DNA from: Chlamydiota bacterium
Lineage (GTDB): Bacteria > Chlamydiota > Chlamydiia > Chlamydiales > Rhabdochlamydiaceae
NCBI GenBank assembly: GCA_003228815.1
Contig: QIGB01000011.1
Coordinates: 174-64,173, forward strand
Reading direction: 5' to 3'
Length of the DNA stretch: 64,000 bases
In this document: positions 35,543-45,474 of the stretch, piece after piece
Layout of the letters: the number at the start of each line of letters is the position of its first letter
How positions within the stretch are numbered: the stretch's first letter is position 1
Notes under the pieces: generated by a model
Seen by the model: the letters and a program-made list of their open reading frames with translations, nothing else
Database searches by the model: none
Told to the model about the DNA's origin: nothing
Program-made: the position numbers and the translations under genes

Positions 35543-36301
35543 ATGACAAAACAAACAAAAACTTCATGGGAATCGTCCGCTTCATGGTATGACGAAACCG
35601 TAGGTGAGAAAGGACACTATTACCACGAACATGTGATTCTGCCCAAACTCTTGCAATTGATCGATCTCAAAAAGAGGGATGCTAAAATCTTAGATCTTGC
35701 CTGTGGCCAGGGAATTCTTGCGAGAGCTCTTCCCAAACATGTCAAATATGTGGGCATCGATCTCGCTAAATCACTCATCCGCCTTGCAAAAAGTTATGCA
35801 AAAAATCCACTCCATACTTTCTTGGAACTGGATGCGACCAAAAAACTCCCTCTTCCCAAGAAAGAATTCTCTGTTGCGACGGTGATATTAGCATTGCAGA
35901 ATATCGAAGATCCAAGGCTTCTTTTAAAAAATGCTTTTCATCATCTCCAAGATGAAGGAAAACTTTTTCTTGTTCTCAACCACCCTTGCTTCCGGATTCC
36001 TCGCCAATCCCACTGGGGCATTGATGAGAAAAAAAAATTGCAATACCGCCGGATGGACTCCTATCTCTCGTTTCAAAAAATTCCGATTCAAATGCATCCA
36101 GGAAAACAGACGGAAATGACCTGGTCTTTCCATCATAGCCTTGCAGATTACAGCAAAATGCTCAGAGACGTAGGATTTACGATTTTGCAAATGGAAGAAT
36201 GGGTCTCTGATAAGAAGAGCCATGGTGCCAAAGCAAAAATGGAAAATCGAGCAAGGAGGGAATTTCCCCTCTTTCTGACTCTTGCATGTCAAAAAACCTG
36301 A
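35543..36301 (+). CDS. Class I SAM-dependent methyltransferase
   Basis: ILDLACGQGILARAL (motif I) followed by VGIDL. Start set at ATG 35543; the track start at 35522 is TTG. Confidence 0.7.
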   Translation: MTKQTKTSWESSASWYDETVGEKGHYYHEHVILPKLLQLIDLKKRDAKILDLACGQGILARALPKHVKYVGIDLAKSLIRLAKSYAKNPLHTFLELDATKKLPLPKKEFSVATVILALQNIEDPRLLLKNAFHHLQDEGKLFLVLNHPCFRIPRQSHWGIDEKKKLQYRRMDSYLSFQKIPIQMHPGKQTEMTWSFHHSLADYSKMLRDVGFTILQMEEWVSDKKSHGAKAKMENRARREFPLFLTLACQKT

Positions 36302-36343
36302 TTTTCATTCTCTTTCTCGGCTCTCTTTGCTATACTTGGAGCC

Positions 36344-38167
36344 ATGTGTGGGATTTTTGGACATATCGGCAAGGCTGATTCCATAAAAAAATGCTTGGCC
36401 GGACTCAAATTTCTCGAATATCGTGGATACGATTCGGCAGGAATTGCAGGCATTTTTGAAGACGAGCTCCTTTGTTTCAAAGAAAAGGGGAAACTCGGAG
36501 CTCTCAAACAAATTCTTGCTGATCAGTCTATCCCCTTCACAACAACGATCGGACATACAAGGTGGGCAACACATGGCGTTGCCAATGCTCGCAATGCACA
36601 TCCCCACTTTGATCAAAACAAAAATCTCGCTCTTGTTCACAATGGGATCCTCGAAAATTATCAAGATCTTCGCAAAATGCTAGAAAACAAAGGGGTCTTA
36701 TTTTCAACGGACACCGATACCGAAGTGATTGCCCAATTAATTGCATATTTATATAAAGGAGATCTAGTTAGGGCAGTCCGATCAGCTATTTCTTTGATGA
36801 AAGGTTTTTGGGCACTTGCCATCATCCACAAGAAACATCCCGATCATATCATTGTCACCCGTCTTGAAAACCCCTTAGTCGTTGGGCTCTCCAAAAAAAC
36901 CAAAGATGCCTACATCTCTTCAGACCCTTATGCTTTTCAAGAAAAAAAACTCGACCTCTTTTATCTCAAAAATCATGAAATTGGTGTCGTTTCAAATGAC
37001 TCTATCCAAATATTCGATCACAATGCGCGCAGCATAAAGCCAGCTCCAGAGCTCATAGAACTTCCTGAGATCGAAATTGACAAGGGAGGATTTCCCCACT
37101 TCATGCTGAAAGAAATTTTTGAACAGCCAAAAGCAATACAAAGCTCGATCCATAATCGTTTTGTGCTGGAGGAAGGGGACGCAGATTTTGAATTTTTTCA
37201 TCCAGCGCCAGGGCAATTCACAAATGTCCTCCTACTCGGCTGCGGCACCTCATGGCACGCTGGTTGTATTGCCGCTCTTCAATTTGAAGCTTTTGCAAAA
37301 CTCCCTGCTTCTGCAGAAATTGCCTCGGAATATCGGTATAAACAAACACAGATCGATCCCAAAACCCTTGTGATTGCCTTATCTCAATCCGGAGAGACAT
37401 TTGATACAATTGCTGCTGTCCGCAAGGCTCGAGAAGGCGGAGCAAAAGTTCTTGCGATTTGCAATATTCCCGGATCTACCTTGATGAGAGAAGCTGATTT
37501 TTGTATATCGCTCCGCGCTGGCCCAGAAATCAGCGTTTGTTCCACCAAAACCTACAATTGTCAACTGGCAGTTTTGGCCCTCCTCGCACTCAAAATGGGC
37601 AGGCTTGGTCCAATGACCCATGAAGTTGGTGGAACTTTTTTAAAAGAAATCATCCATCTTCCCAAAGTTGTGGAAGAAATACTCGATCAAGAAGAAACCC
37701 TGATCCACTTAGCACAAAAATATGCAGGGTTTTCCAACTGCTTTTTCATTGGGAGACAATATATGTTTCCCACAAGCCTAGAGGCAGCGCTCAAACTCAA
37801 AGAAATTAGCTACCAAAATGCATTTGCCTATCCCGCAGGAGAACTGAAACACGGTCCGATCGCTCTCATCGATCCAAACTGTCTCGTCATCGGAATGTGT
37901 GGGAATGCTGCCACCCACAACAAAATCCTCAGCAACTTGATGGAAGTTAAAGCGCGGAGCGGAAGGATTTTAGCCTTGGCACCATCTGATGCTCCTGGGA
38001 TCGCAGACATAGCTGATGATGTCCTTTGGATTCCCCCCATTGCCGATTCCCTTGCTTCTATCCCCTATTCCGTTGCAACACAACTCTTTGCTTATTATGT
38101 CGCAAAGGAGCGGGGATGCGATATCGATCAGCCCCGCAATCTCGCAAAGACGGTCACCGTGGAGTGA
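36344..38167 (+). CDS. glmS: Glutamine--fructose-6-phosphate aminotransferase
   Basis: MCGIFG N-terminal nucleophile, two SIS domains, and the C-terminal DQPRNLAKTVTVE ending. Confidence 0.95.
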   Translation: MCGIFGHIGKADSIKKCLAGLKFLEYRGYDSAGIAGIFEDELLCFKEKGKLGALKQILADQSIPFTTTIGHTRWATHGVANARNAHPHFDQNKNLALVHNGILENYQDLRKMLENKGVLFSTDTDTEVIAQLIAYLYKGDLVRAVRSAISLMKGFWALAIIHKKHPDHIIVTRLENPLVVGLSKKTKDAYISSDPYAFQEKKLDLFYLKNHEIGVVSNDSIQIFDHNARSIKPAPELIELPEIEIDKGGFPHFMLKEIFEQPKAIQSSIHNRFVLEEGDADFEFFHPAPGQFTNVLLLGCGTSWHAGCIAALQFEAFAKLPASAEIASEYRYKQTQIDPKTLVIALSQSGETFDTIAAVRKAREGGAKVLAICNIPGSTLMREADFCISLRAGPEISVCSTKTYNCQLAVLALLALKMGRLGPMTHEVGGTFLKEIIHLPKVVEEILDQEETLIHLAQKYAGFSNCFFIGRQYMFPTSLEAALKLKEISYQNAFAYPAGELKHGPIALIDPNCLVIGMCGNAATHNKILSNLMEVKARSGRILALAPSDAPGIADIADDVLWIPPIADSLASIPYSVATQLFAYYVAKERGCDIDQPRNLAKTVTVE

Positions 38168-38174
38168 TTCGCTT

Positions 38175-38201
38175 CCCAATCCTTCATTTTGTTTCGGTAT
38201 A
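38175..38201. repeat. Solo family-A terminal repeat immediately after the glmS stop
   Basis: CCCAATCCTTCATTTTGTTTCGGTATA closely matches the right arm of family A (CCCAATTTTTCATTTTGTTTGAGTATA). I found no partner left arm nearby. Confidence 0.6.
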
Positions 38202-38228
38202 TTTCTCACATTTGGTATGAAAAGGTAG

Positions 38229-39674
38229 ATGAAGTATCGGACGAAGCTTTACATTTCCTTAGTTGCCGTCGCTCTTGCAAGTATTTTGCTTGCGCTCCTC
38301 ATCTTCTCTACAGAAACAGAAAAACTCATTTTTCGTCTTCTCGAAAGCCGTTCCCTTTCCATCGTTTCAACATCAGCAGCACAAATCGATCCAGAGCTTG
38401 TCAAAAAAGGGAATGCGGCCAAAAATTTTGACGATCCCGACTATCTCGCTTTGCAAAAACTTCTTTGGAAAATCAAGGCTGCAAATCAAAGAAACGATAT
38501 ATATGTCTCGGACATTTATACCCTCTATTTCCCCTCCCAAAATAATGAACTCTTTTATGGCGTGGAAGCTGTAGCAACTCCTGAGGCTCCAGGTTCCATT
38601 TATATCGATAGCGACAAAGAAAACATCTTAAAAAACCGCAATAACCCTTACGTTGTCCCCAATTTTGTTTCTGATCAGTTTGGCCTTTGGCTCAGTGCTT
38701 TTGCCCCAATCAAAGACAAGGATGGATCGGTCATTGCCCTTCTCGGTGTTGATATCAATGCAAAGGATATTCACGTTCGCAGTCAGCAGTTGATCAAGTA
38801 TGCGATATGGGGACTGATCGGTTCTTTGGCTCTTTCGATTTTACTCGCCTATTTTCTCTCAAAGCGAGTCACTATGTCTCTTGATCACCTATGCGTTGTC
38901 GTAAAAGAAATTGGAGAAGGCAATTTTAAGGTGCGAGCTACGCTAGAAACAAAGGATGAATTTGGCGTCCTCTCGCATCAGATCAACCAAATGAGTATTG
39001 GACTGCAGCAGCGCGAAAGACTCAAAACGAGCTTTGCCCGCTATGTTTCCAAACATGTCATGGAAAAAATTCTCCATGCCGAAGCCCCACTAAAACTCGA
39101 AGGGGAAAGGCGCAAATTAACCATCCTATTTGCCGATATTCGCTCGTTTACTTTACTTGCAGAAAATCTCCCTCCAGAAGAAGTAGTTGGCCTATTAAAT
39201 GAATATTTTGAAGTGATGATCGAAGTGATTTTTGCCAACTACGGTACCCTTGATAAATTCATCGGGGATGGGTTTATGGCAGAATTTGGCGCCCCACTAG
39301 ATGATGCCAAACAGGAAATTCATGCAATACAAGCCGCCATCGAAATGCAAAAAGAACTAGTAAAGCTCTGCGACCGTTGGGAAAAAGAAAACAAACCCCG
39401 GATCCAAATGGGAATTGGGATCCATACAGGAGATGCAGTCGTGGGAAATATTGGGTCCGAGAGAAGAACAGAATACACAGCAATTGGCGATGCTGTCAAC
39501 GTGGCTTCGCGAATCGAGGAGGCGACCAAAATTCTGAAAAAGCCTATTCTCATCAGTGAAACCACCTATCTTGGCGCAAAAGACAAATTCTCTTTTGAAG
39601 ATCTTGGATTCATGACACTATCGGGGCGCAAAGAAAATATCAAAGTATTCACAACCGATACGGAGATAACATAA
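38229..39674 (+). CDS. Membrane-bound class III adenylate/guanylate cyclase with a periplasmic Cache-like sensor and HAMP domain
   Basis: N-terminal TM, extracytoplasmic region with GLWLSAFAPIKDKDGSVIALLGVDI (Cache-like), second TM, HAMP, then LTILFADIRSFT...KFIGDGFMAEFG...GIHTGDAVVGNIGS. Confidence 0.85.
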   Translation: MKYRTKLYISLVAVALASILLALLIFSTETEKLIFRLLESRSLSIVSTSAAQIDPELVKKGNAAKNFDDPDYLALQKLLWKIKAANQRNDIYVSDIYTLYFPSQNNELFYGVEAVATPEAPGSIYIDSDKENILKNRNNPYVVPNFVSDQFGLWLSAFAPIKDKDGSVIALLGVDINAKDIHVRSQQLIKYAIWGLIGSLALSILLAYFLSKRVTMSLDHLCVVVKEIGEGNFKVRATLETKDEFGVLSHQINQMSIGLQQRERLKTSFARYVSKHVMEKILHAEAPLKLEGERRKLTILFADIRSFTLLAENLPPEEVVGLLNEYFEVMIEVIFANYGTLDKFIGDGFMAEFGAPLDDAKQEIHAIQAAIEMQKELVKLCDRWEKENKPRIQMGIGIHTGDAVVGNIGSERRTEYTAIGDAVNVASRIEEATKILKKPILISETTYLGAKDKFSFEDLGFMTLSGRKENIKVFTTDTEIT

Positions 39675-39677
39675 ACA

Positions 39678-40241
39678 TTGGAAAACTCAAAGAGGCAAAA
39701 ACAGCTCGAAGAAAAGGCAAATCTGGAGACAAGAGAGATCTATAAAGGAAAAATCTTCTCAGTACGAAAGGATCGCTTACAATTTGACTCTCATTCTCTT
39801 CATGAATGGGATATCATTGAACATCGCGGAGGTGTGGCAATCATTCCTGTAAGCAAAAATGGAACCCTTTTTCTGATCCAACAGTGGCGACGTGCCATTG
39901 GAAAAATCATCTATGAGATTCCTGCAGGAAAATTAGATGAAGGGGAAACCCCCTTGCTCTGCGCGCAGAAAGAACTCCAAGAAGAAATTGGTTATCGTGC
40001 AAAAGAAATGATCCCTTTTGGAGGGCTCTATACAACACCAGGCTTCTGCACAGAATACATCCATTTTTTTATTGCAAAAGACTTAGAAGAAAATTCACTT
40101 AGCAAAGATATTCATGAGGCAATTGATGTCGTTGAAGTCTCTTTAAACGATGCATTAAACCTCATCGATTCCGAAGAAATCACTGATGCAAAAACGATCG
40201 CAGGACTTTTGCGATATCAAAGGTGGATCCATCATGCGTAA
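39678..40241 (+). CDS. nudF: NUDIX hydrolase, ADP-ribose pyrophosphatase-like (TTG start)
   Basis: Nudix box GKLDEGETPLLCAQKELQEEIGY. The YKGKIF...D....G.....E..EH.GGVAI layout is typical of NudF. Starts 3 nt after the cyclase stop. Confidence 0.75.
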   Translation: MENSKRQKQLEEKANLETREIYKGKIFSVRKDRLQFDSHSLHEWDIIEHRGGVAIIPVSKNGTLFLIQQWRRAIGKIIYEIPAGKLDEGETPLLCAQKELQEEIGYRAKEMIPFGGLYTTPGFCTEYIHFFIAKDLEENSLSKDIHEAIDVVEVSLNDALNLIDSEEITDAKTIAGLLRYQRWIHHA

Positions 40242-40899
40242 ATTTCTTTTCACAATTTTGTTTTTGGGCGTTTTTGCCTTTTTCCTCCCTCAGCTCGCTT
40301 CTTGGGGATGGGCAAAAAAACAAGTAGAAGCCCATCTAGCGAAACAGCTCGGAGGAGAAGTGCAAATTGAAAACCTCTCACTCAGTTGGTGGAAAACACA
40401 AAAGTGTCAAAAAGTCACCTGGACAGATACCCACAATGGCATTGTCCTTTTTGCCGATCAGGTATCTGTTCTCGCCGACCTTACCGATTGCATCCGTTTC
40501 AAAGAAAAACCTCTAGATGTCCTGGTAGAAGGGGCTACAATGAAATCAAAAGCCAATTTCCGCTTCATCAAAAAGCTCCGAAAAAAAGACCTGAACCTAC
40601 ATTTCTCTCCGATTGAAGCAAAAATTGAAAATGGAATCATCGCATTCAATCAGATAGAAATTGAAATCAACGAATCGATGAAAGTCGGGGCATGGGGAGA
40701 AATCGACTTTGCAAAACAACAGATGGATCTCACCCTTGGGCTTCCTCCCCAAACCATAAAAAAAATGTTCAAGGAGGCAAAAAACCTTCCCGATGATTTC
40801 CTTTTAGAGATCCCCATTTCCACAAAGCTCAATAGCAAAGCGCTAGAAAAAACCCTGATCGGCTTTTTTCTGAAAAATTATACCACTCTCAAAAAGTAA
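40234..40899 (+). CDS. Membrane-anchored hypothetical protein, mini AsmA-like by eye
   Basis: Signal/anchor MRKFLFTILFLGVFAFFLP, then LGGEVQIENLSLSWW resembling AsmA-family N-termini. The ATG overlaps the nudF stop. Confidence 0.5.
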   Translation: MRKFLFTILFLGVFAFFLPQLASWGWAKKQVEAHLAKQLGGEVQIENLSLSWWKTQKCQKVTWTDTHNGIVLFADQVSVLADLTDCIRFKEKPLDVLVEGATMKSKANFRFIKKLRKKDLNLHFSPIEAKIENGIIAFNQIEIEINESMKVGAWGEIDFAKQQMDLTLGLPPQTIKKMFKEAKNLPDDFLLEIPISTKLNSKALEKTLIGFFLKNYTTLKK

Positions 40900-40902
40900 A
40901 TC

Positions 40903-41085
40903 CCGCCCTTCAGGGCTTGTCATTACCCACAATTTTCTTCGCAGGGGAATGCGAGGCAAGAAGATGTGCAGATTTTAAGGCGAGGGAATAGTCGAATGCC
41001 TATTGCCAAGGAGCAAAACTGTACAGATTGAAGCCGTAGCACCCTGAAAGAAAAGATGTGGGTAATGACAAGCCCTTCAGGGCGG
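40903..41085. repeat. MITE-like hairpin element, family C (183 bp)
   Basis: 29-bp TIR CCGCCCTTCAGGGCTTGTCATTACCCACA (40903-40931) vs 41057-41085, matching 27/29 with the inner 20 bp perfect. Lies between two convergent gene ends. Confidence 0.8.
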
Positions 41086-41110
41086 AGTTCTCGATTTTTC
41101 GCGAATGGTA

Positions 41111-42169
41111 TTATGCTATAGTCACCTCGGGGCATAGATAAACGTTTTGGATGGCGCCGAGCAATTCAACCCCTTCTTTCAAAGGACGCTGGAATGCCTT
41201 CCTACCTGAAATGAGACCCATTCCACCGGCACGTTTGTTGATCACAGCGGTTTCCACAGCCTGCTGCAGGTCATTTTCTCCGGAAGCACCACCAGAATTG
41301 ATGAGTCCCACACGGCCCATGTAATCATTAATCACCTGATAACGGGTCAAATCAATGGGATGCTCGGTGCAAAGTTCGGTATACATTGCTTCGGTCTGCT
41401 TCCCAAAGTTGAGCATTTTAAAGCCGCCGTTGTTTTCTGGGAGTTTTTGCTTCACAATGTCAGCTTCTATCGTCGCTCCGAGGTGATTGCCCTGACCAGT
41501 CAGATCCGCTGCAACGTGATAATCGACTTTGGGGGTTTTGAACTCAGAATTGCGCAAATAACACCACAACACCGTCGTCATCCCCAATTCATGGGCCATT
41601 TGAAACGCCTTGCTGACCTCAACAATTTGTTTGCGGCTTTCCTCAGAACCAAAATAGATCGTCGCACCTACCGCCACACAGCCCATTTCATAGGCCTGTT
41701 TCATGGAAGCAAACATGATTTGATCATGAATATTGGGATAGCGAAGAAGTTCATTATGGTTGAACTTCAAAAGAAACGGAATTTTATGAGCATATTTACG
41801 AGCCATTATGCCGAGCACACCCAGAGTAGTGGCCACAGCATTGCATCCCCCCTCGATGGCGAGTTTGATAATATTTTCCGGGTCAAAATAGTCGGGATTT
41901 TTGGAAAAAGAAGCCCCTGCAGTGTGTTCAATCCCCTGATCAACCGGTAAAATTGAGAGATATCCTGTTCCCCCTAACCGTCCATGCCCAAGAAGCGTTT
42001 GGAGGCTACGAAGGACTCGAATATTACGATCAGAAGGACCAAAAATCCGATCGACCCAATCGGGACCTGGAATATGCAGTTTATCTTTGTGAATCGTTTT
42101 GCATTCATGCCCGAGCAAAAATTCGGCTTTGTCTTCTAGCATCTTTTGAATTTCGCTATATGAAACCAT
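41111..42169 (-). CDS. fbaB: Class I fructose-bisphosphate aldolase (DhnA/FbaB type)
   Basis: The [11 protein letters not shown]...GPDWVDRIF...[16 protein letters not shown] block matches E. coli FbaB/DhnA-type aldolases. Start at ATG 42169 with GGGAGA upstream. Confidence 0.85.
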   Translation of the reverse strand: MVSYSEIQKMLEDKAEFLLGHECKTIHKDKLHIPGPDWVDRIFGPSDRNIRVLRSLQTLLGHGRLGGTGYLSILPVDQGIEHTAGASFSKNPDYFDPENIIKLAIEGGCNAVATTLGVLGIMARKYAHKIPFLLKFNHNELLRYPNIHDQIMFASMKQAYEMGCVAVGATIYFGSEESRKQIVEVSKAFQMAHELGMTTVLWCYLRNSEFKTPKVDYHVAADLTGQGNHLGATIEADIVKQKLPENNGGFKMLNFGKQTEAMYTELCTEHPIDLTRYQVINDYMGRVGLINSGGASGENDLQQAVETAVINKRAGGMGLISGRKAFQRPLKEGVELLGAIQNVYLCPEVTIA

Positions 42170-42229
42170 ATGGATCTCCCTGTTTTTTCCGATTCTAAAA
42201 AATGAATTGTCAAATAGCAAGAAGATTAA

Positions 42230-42392
42230 GAGGGTGTATGCGAATTCATTCCCCCCGGTATAGGAGCTCTCTTTTTCCCTAGGAGAAGCTCTTCAAACTC
42301 CACAAACTCGATTTGAGTTTGCTCCGTTTGAAGAGCTTCTCCTAGGCAAAAATATTAGCTCCCCCCGAGGAAAGCAATTCGCATACACCCTC
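42230..42392. repeat. MITE-like hairpin element, family B copy 1 (163 bp)
   Basis: Perfect 17-bp TIR GAGGGTGTATGCGAATT (42230-42246 vs 42376-42392), flanked by TAA on both sides. Has a perfect nested 21-bp palindrome (42278-42298 vs 42326-42346). The right edge overlaps the rimO stop codon. Confidence 0.85.
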
Positions 42393-43780
42393 TAAGAAAT
42401 CACAGCTAAAGGCGAAAGTTTCCTTTTGGGAACTATTGGGCCCAATGCAGTTCCGATTAAATCATAATCGATGACATCAGTAATCTCTACTTCATGCAAC
42501 CGTCCCAATGATTCAACTGCGCGCGCATCATTGATGATCACCTGACCGTCCATATCGGGACATTGGCCATAAAAGCGGCCCTGCAGAAGAAATTCAGACT
42601 CAGGGTGGACGCTTTCGACCATCACCTCAAGAGTTTTTCCCACATACCCGCGATTGCGCGCAACTATGATTTCCATCTGCGTCTGCATGAGAATTTCATA
42701 ACGCCCCTGTTTGATTGTTTCGGGAAGTTGACCCGGCAACTTCGCAGCATGGGCACCTTCTTCAGGAGAAAAAGTAAAGACTCCAACATTGTCGAGAGGA
42801 TACTCTCGGATAAAAGAGACAAGCTCTTGAAATTGCTCATCAGTTTCCCCTGGAAAACCAACCATCAGACTCGTCCGGATCACACACTCAGGAATACGCG
42901 TGCGCAGCAGCTCATAAGTCTTGATAATATGATCTCGATTGGTTTTTCGCCGCATCCCCTTTAAGATCGCAGAGTTGATGTGTTGGATCGGCATATCCAG
43001 ATAAGGCAAAAGGCGCGGATCGCTATTGATGACATCTACAAGTTCATCCGTCACTTCATCAGGATAGAGATAGAGGAGTCGAATCCAATACTCCCCTTCC
43101 ACCTTGAGCATTTCCCGCAATAGTTTTTCGAGAGCCCCTTTTTCCTTTCGTTCCCTTCCATAATCTCCCAAATCCTGGGCAATCAGAATGATTTCATGCA
43201 CCCCTTGTGCAAGCAAACTTTTAAATTCATGGATGACTTGCTCCTGCGGCTTGCTTTTAAGGGGTCCCTTAATCGTCGGGATGATGCAAAAACTACACCG
43301 CTTCGCACATCCTTCAGCAATTTTGAGATAGGCATAATGCTTAGGTGTTGCCAATTGACGAGGAATCTCCCCCCACTGAAGATAGCTACGAGCAGAGGTG
43401 ATCTCTTCCCCAGTCTCGCTAGAGGCGAGCGCCTCGAGAATTTTTTCTAAATCACCAGGTCCTAGCATATAATGAATCTGAGGAAAGGTCTCTTTGAGGA
43501 TTTGGCTATGTTTTTGGACCATGCACCCGGCAACGATCACTTTCGCCTCCGGTTTCTTCAAGGCGAAAAGTTCTTCAATTGTATCGAGCGCTTCTTGGCG
43601 TGCTGATTCCAAAAACCCACAGGTATTGATGACGAGATAGTCTGCCTGCTCTTCATTTCCAGTCACTTCATAGCCAGATTTGAGGACAAGCCCTAGCAGA
43701 ATTTCGGTATCGACGAGATTCCTCGAGCACCCCAAGCTAGTAAAGTGAATTTTATTTCCATTTTGCAAAAGCTTTTCCAT
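42392..43780 (-). CDS. rimO: Radical-SAM methylthiotransferase, RimO-like (MiaB family)
   Basis: N-terminal SLGCSRNLVDTE...INTCGF, radical SAM box EGCAKRCSFCIIP, and a C-terminal TRAM-like domain. Confidence 0.75.
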   Translation of the reverse strand: MEKLLQNGNKIHFTSLGCSRNLVDTEILLGLVLKSGYEVTGNEEQADYLVINTCGFLESARQEALDTIEELFALKKPEAKVIVAGCMVQKHSQILKETFPQIHYMLGPGDLEKILEALASSETGEEITSARSYLQWGEIPRQLATPKHYAYLKIAEGCAKRCSFCIIPTIKGPLKSKPQEQVIHEFKSLLAQGVHEIILIAQDLGDYGRERKEKGALEKLLREMLKVEGEYWIRLLYLYPDEVTDELVDVINSDPRLLPYLDMPIQHINSAILKGMRRKTNRDHIIKTYELLRTRIPECVIRTSLMVGFPGETDEQFQELVSFIREYPLDNVGVFTFSPEEGAHAAKLPGQLPETIKQGRYEILMQTQMEIIVARNRGYVGKTLEVMVESVHPESEFLLQGRFYGQCPDMDGQVIINDARAVESLGRLHEVEITDVIDYDLIGTALGPIVPKRKLSPLAVIS

Positions 43781-43881
43781 AGGAAAATATCATAGCAGAA
43801 AGATAGGTTGCTGGCTACGTCTATGGATTCCATGTTTCATAAAAGAAAGAAATCCACTATCCTTTTGAGGTGGAGGTCTTC

Positions 43882-45474
43882 ATGAGATTGCTTATAACTC
43901 TTTGTCTTTTGGCAATTCTTGGAACTGGATGTCAAAAGAAAGTCCAACCAATTGATGAAAATCGCCAAGCCATTCGGCTCAATATCCATACAGAACCCCC
44001 TACTCTAGATGCTCGCAAGGCAACGGACACCTCTTCGATTGGCATCATCAATATGTGTTTCGAGGGGCTGATGAAGCGGGGTAGAGATCGCACGATCCAT
44101 CCAGCGATTTCTTATCACGTCGAAATCTCTGATGATAATCAGTTCTACACCTTTCATTTGCGCCCAGCAAAATGGTGGGATGATAAACCCGTGACCGCTT
44201 ACGATTTTGAACATACTTGGAGGACGATCCTCGACCCCCAATTCCCCTCTGGATTTGCCGAAGACCTTTATGTACTGAAAAACGCAAAAGCAGCAAAAAA
44301 TGGCAAAATTTCTGTTAATGAAATTGGAGTAAAAGCTCTCGATGCCAAGACCTTGAGGGTGGAGCTAGAGTATCCAGCCCCCTACTTTTTAGATCTCGTC
44401 GCCTCACATTCCTTTCTCGCTGTTCCTTCTCATATCACCAAGCTCTATCCTAAATGGGCAGATAATTGCGGGCCGAATTTTGTAGGAAATGGTCCTTATA
44501 AACTCAAAACTTGGAAACATCACAACTGCATCGAGCTTGTTAAAAATGAATATTATTGGGACCTAGATGTGGTCACGCTTGATGAAATTGACCTCAGTAT
44601 CATCGAAGACCCCAACACAGAACTCAATATGTTCGAATCGGGAGAGCTCGACTGGGCTGGATACCCTCTTTCCAATCTCCCTACTGATGCTTTGCAAGCC
44701 CTTTCACAAACAAATCGCCTCAAGACCTATCCACTATCTGGAACCTATTATTATATTTTTAATGTGAATCAACCCCCTTTCGATAATCTCAACATCCGCA
44801 AAGCCTTTTCCTATGCAATCGATCGCAAGGCAATCATAGATAATATCACACTCGCACACCAAACTCCTGCAACCAGTTTCATACCTCCGGCAATTTGGGA
44901 CGTACAATCCTATTTTGAAGACAACAACATCGAAGAAGCTCGCAAATTTTTTGAATTGGGTCTCGAGGAAATGGGTTGCAAACGGAAAAATTTTCCCAAA
45001 ATCACTCTCATTTATAACAGCTCCGAAGCGCATCACAAAATTGCCCAGGCAATTCAAGAACAGTGGTTCCAAGCCTTTGGCATTCGAGTGAAACTCGCGA
45101 ACGTAGAATGGAAAGTCTTTCTCAATGAACTAGCTCATAAGCAGTTTCAAGTGGCCCGCATGGGAGGGATTGCTGGGTATAATGATCCGATGTCATTTTT
45201 TGACCTCTATAAATACCCAAAAAGCCCGAATAACTATTCGGGATGGAGCAATCCTGAGTTTACAAGATTGATAGAAACCGCTGAGAGGTGTGTAGATCCT
45301 CAAGAAAGAGAAAAACTATTGCGAGATGCGGAATCAATCTTTATGTCGGAATTGCCCATATCACCTATTTATTACTATCAAGGAACATTCATCAAAAAAG
45401 AATACCTCAGAGGAGTAGAATTGACAGAATTCAGCGATGCTGATTTTAAATTTGCCTTCCTGGAATTGCAATGA
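43882..45474 (+). CDS. oppA: Oligopeptide ABC transporter substrate-binding lipoprotein (family 5 SBP)
   Basis: Lipobox LGTGC. Family-5 blocks (WWDDKPVTAYDF, YKLKTWKHHNCIELVKNEYYW). It heads the oppBCDF operon. Confidence 0.85.
   Translation: MRLLITLCLLAILGTGCQKKVQPIDENRQAIRLNIHTEPPTLDARKATDTSSIGIINMCFEGLMKRGRDRTIHPAISYHVEISDDNQFYTFHLRPAKWWDDKPVTAYDFEHTWRTILDPQFPSGFAEDLYVLKNAKAAKNGKISVNEIGVKALDAKTLRVELEYPAPYFLDLVASHSFLAVPSHITKLYPKWADNCGPNFVGNGPYKLKTWKHHNCIELVKNEYYWDLDVVTLDEIDLSIIEDPNTELNMFESGELDWAGYPLSNLPTDALQALSQTNRLKTYPLSGTYYYIFNVNQPPFDNLNIRKAFSYAIDRKAIIDNITLAHQTPATSFIPPAIWDVQSYFEDNNIEEARKFFELGLEEMGCKRKNFPKITLIYNSSEAHHKIAQAIQEQWFQAFGIRVKLANVEWKVFLNELAHKQFQVARMGGIAGYNDPMSFFDLYKYPKSPNNYSGWSNPEFTRLIETAERCVDPQEREKLLRDAESIFMSELPISPIYYYQGTFIKKEYLRGVELTEFSDADFKFAFLELQ

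Noticed and set aside
36302-36343. glmS ribozyme / riboswitch upstream of glmS
   Set aside because: The leader is only about 40 nt, far too short for the glmS ribozyme fold.
40923-41135. 70-aa ORF on the minus strand
   Set aside because: It lies almost wholly within the family C hairpin element and overlaps the fbaB 3' end, so it is an artefact of the palindrome.
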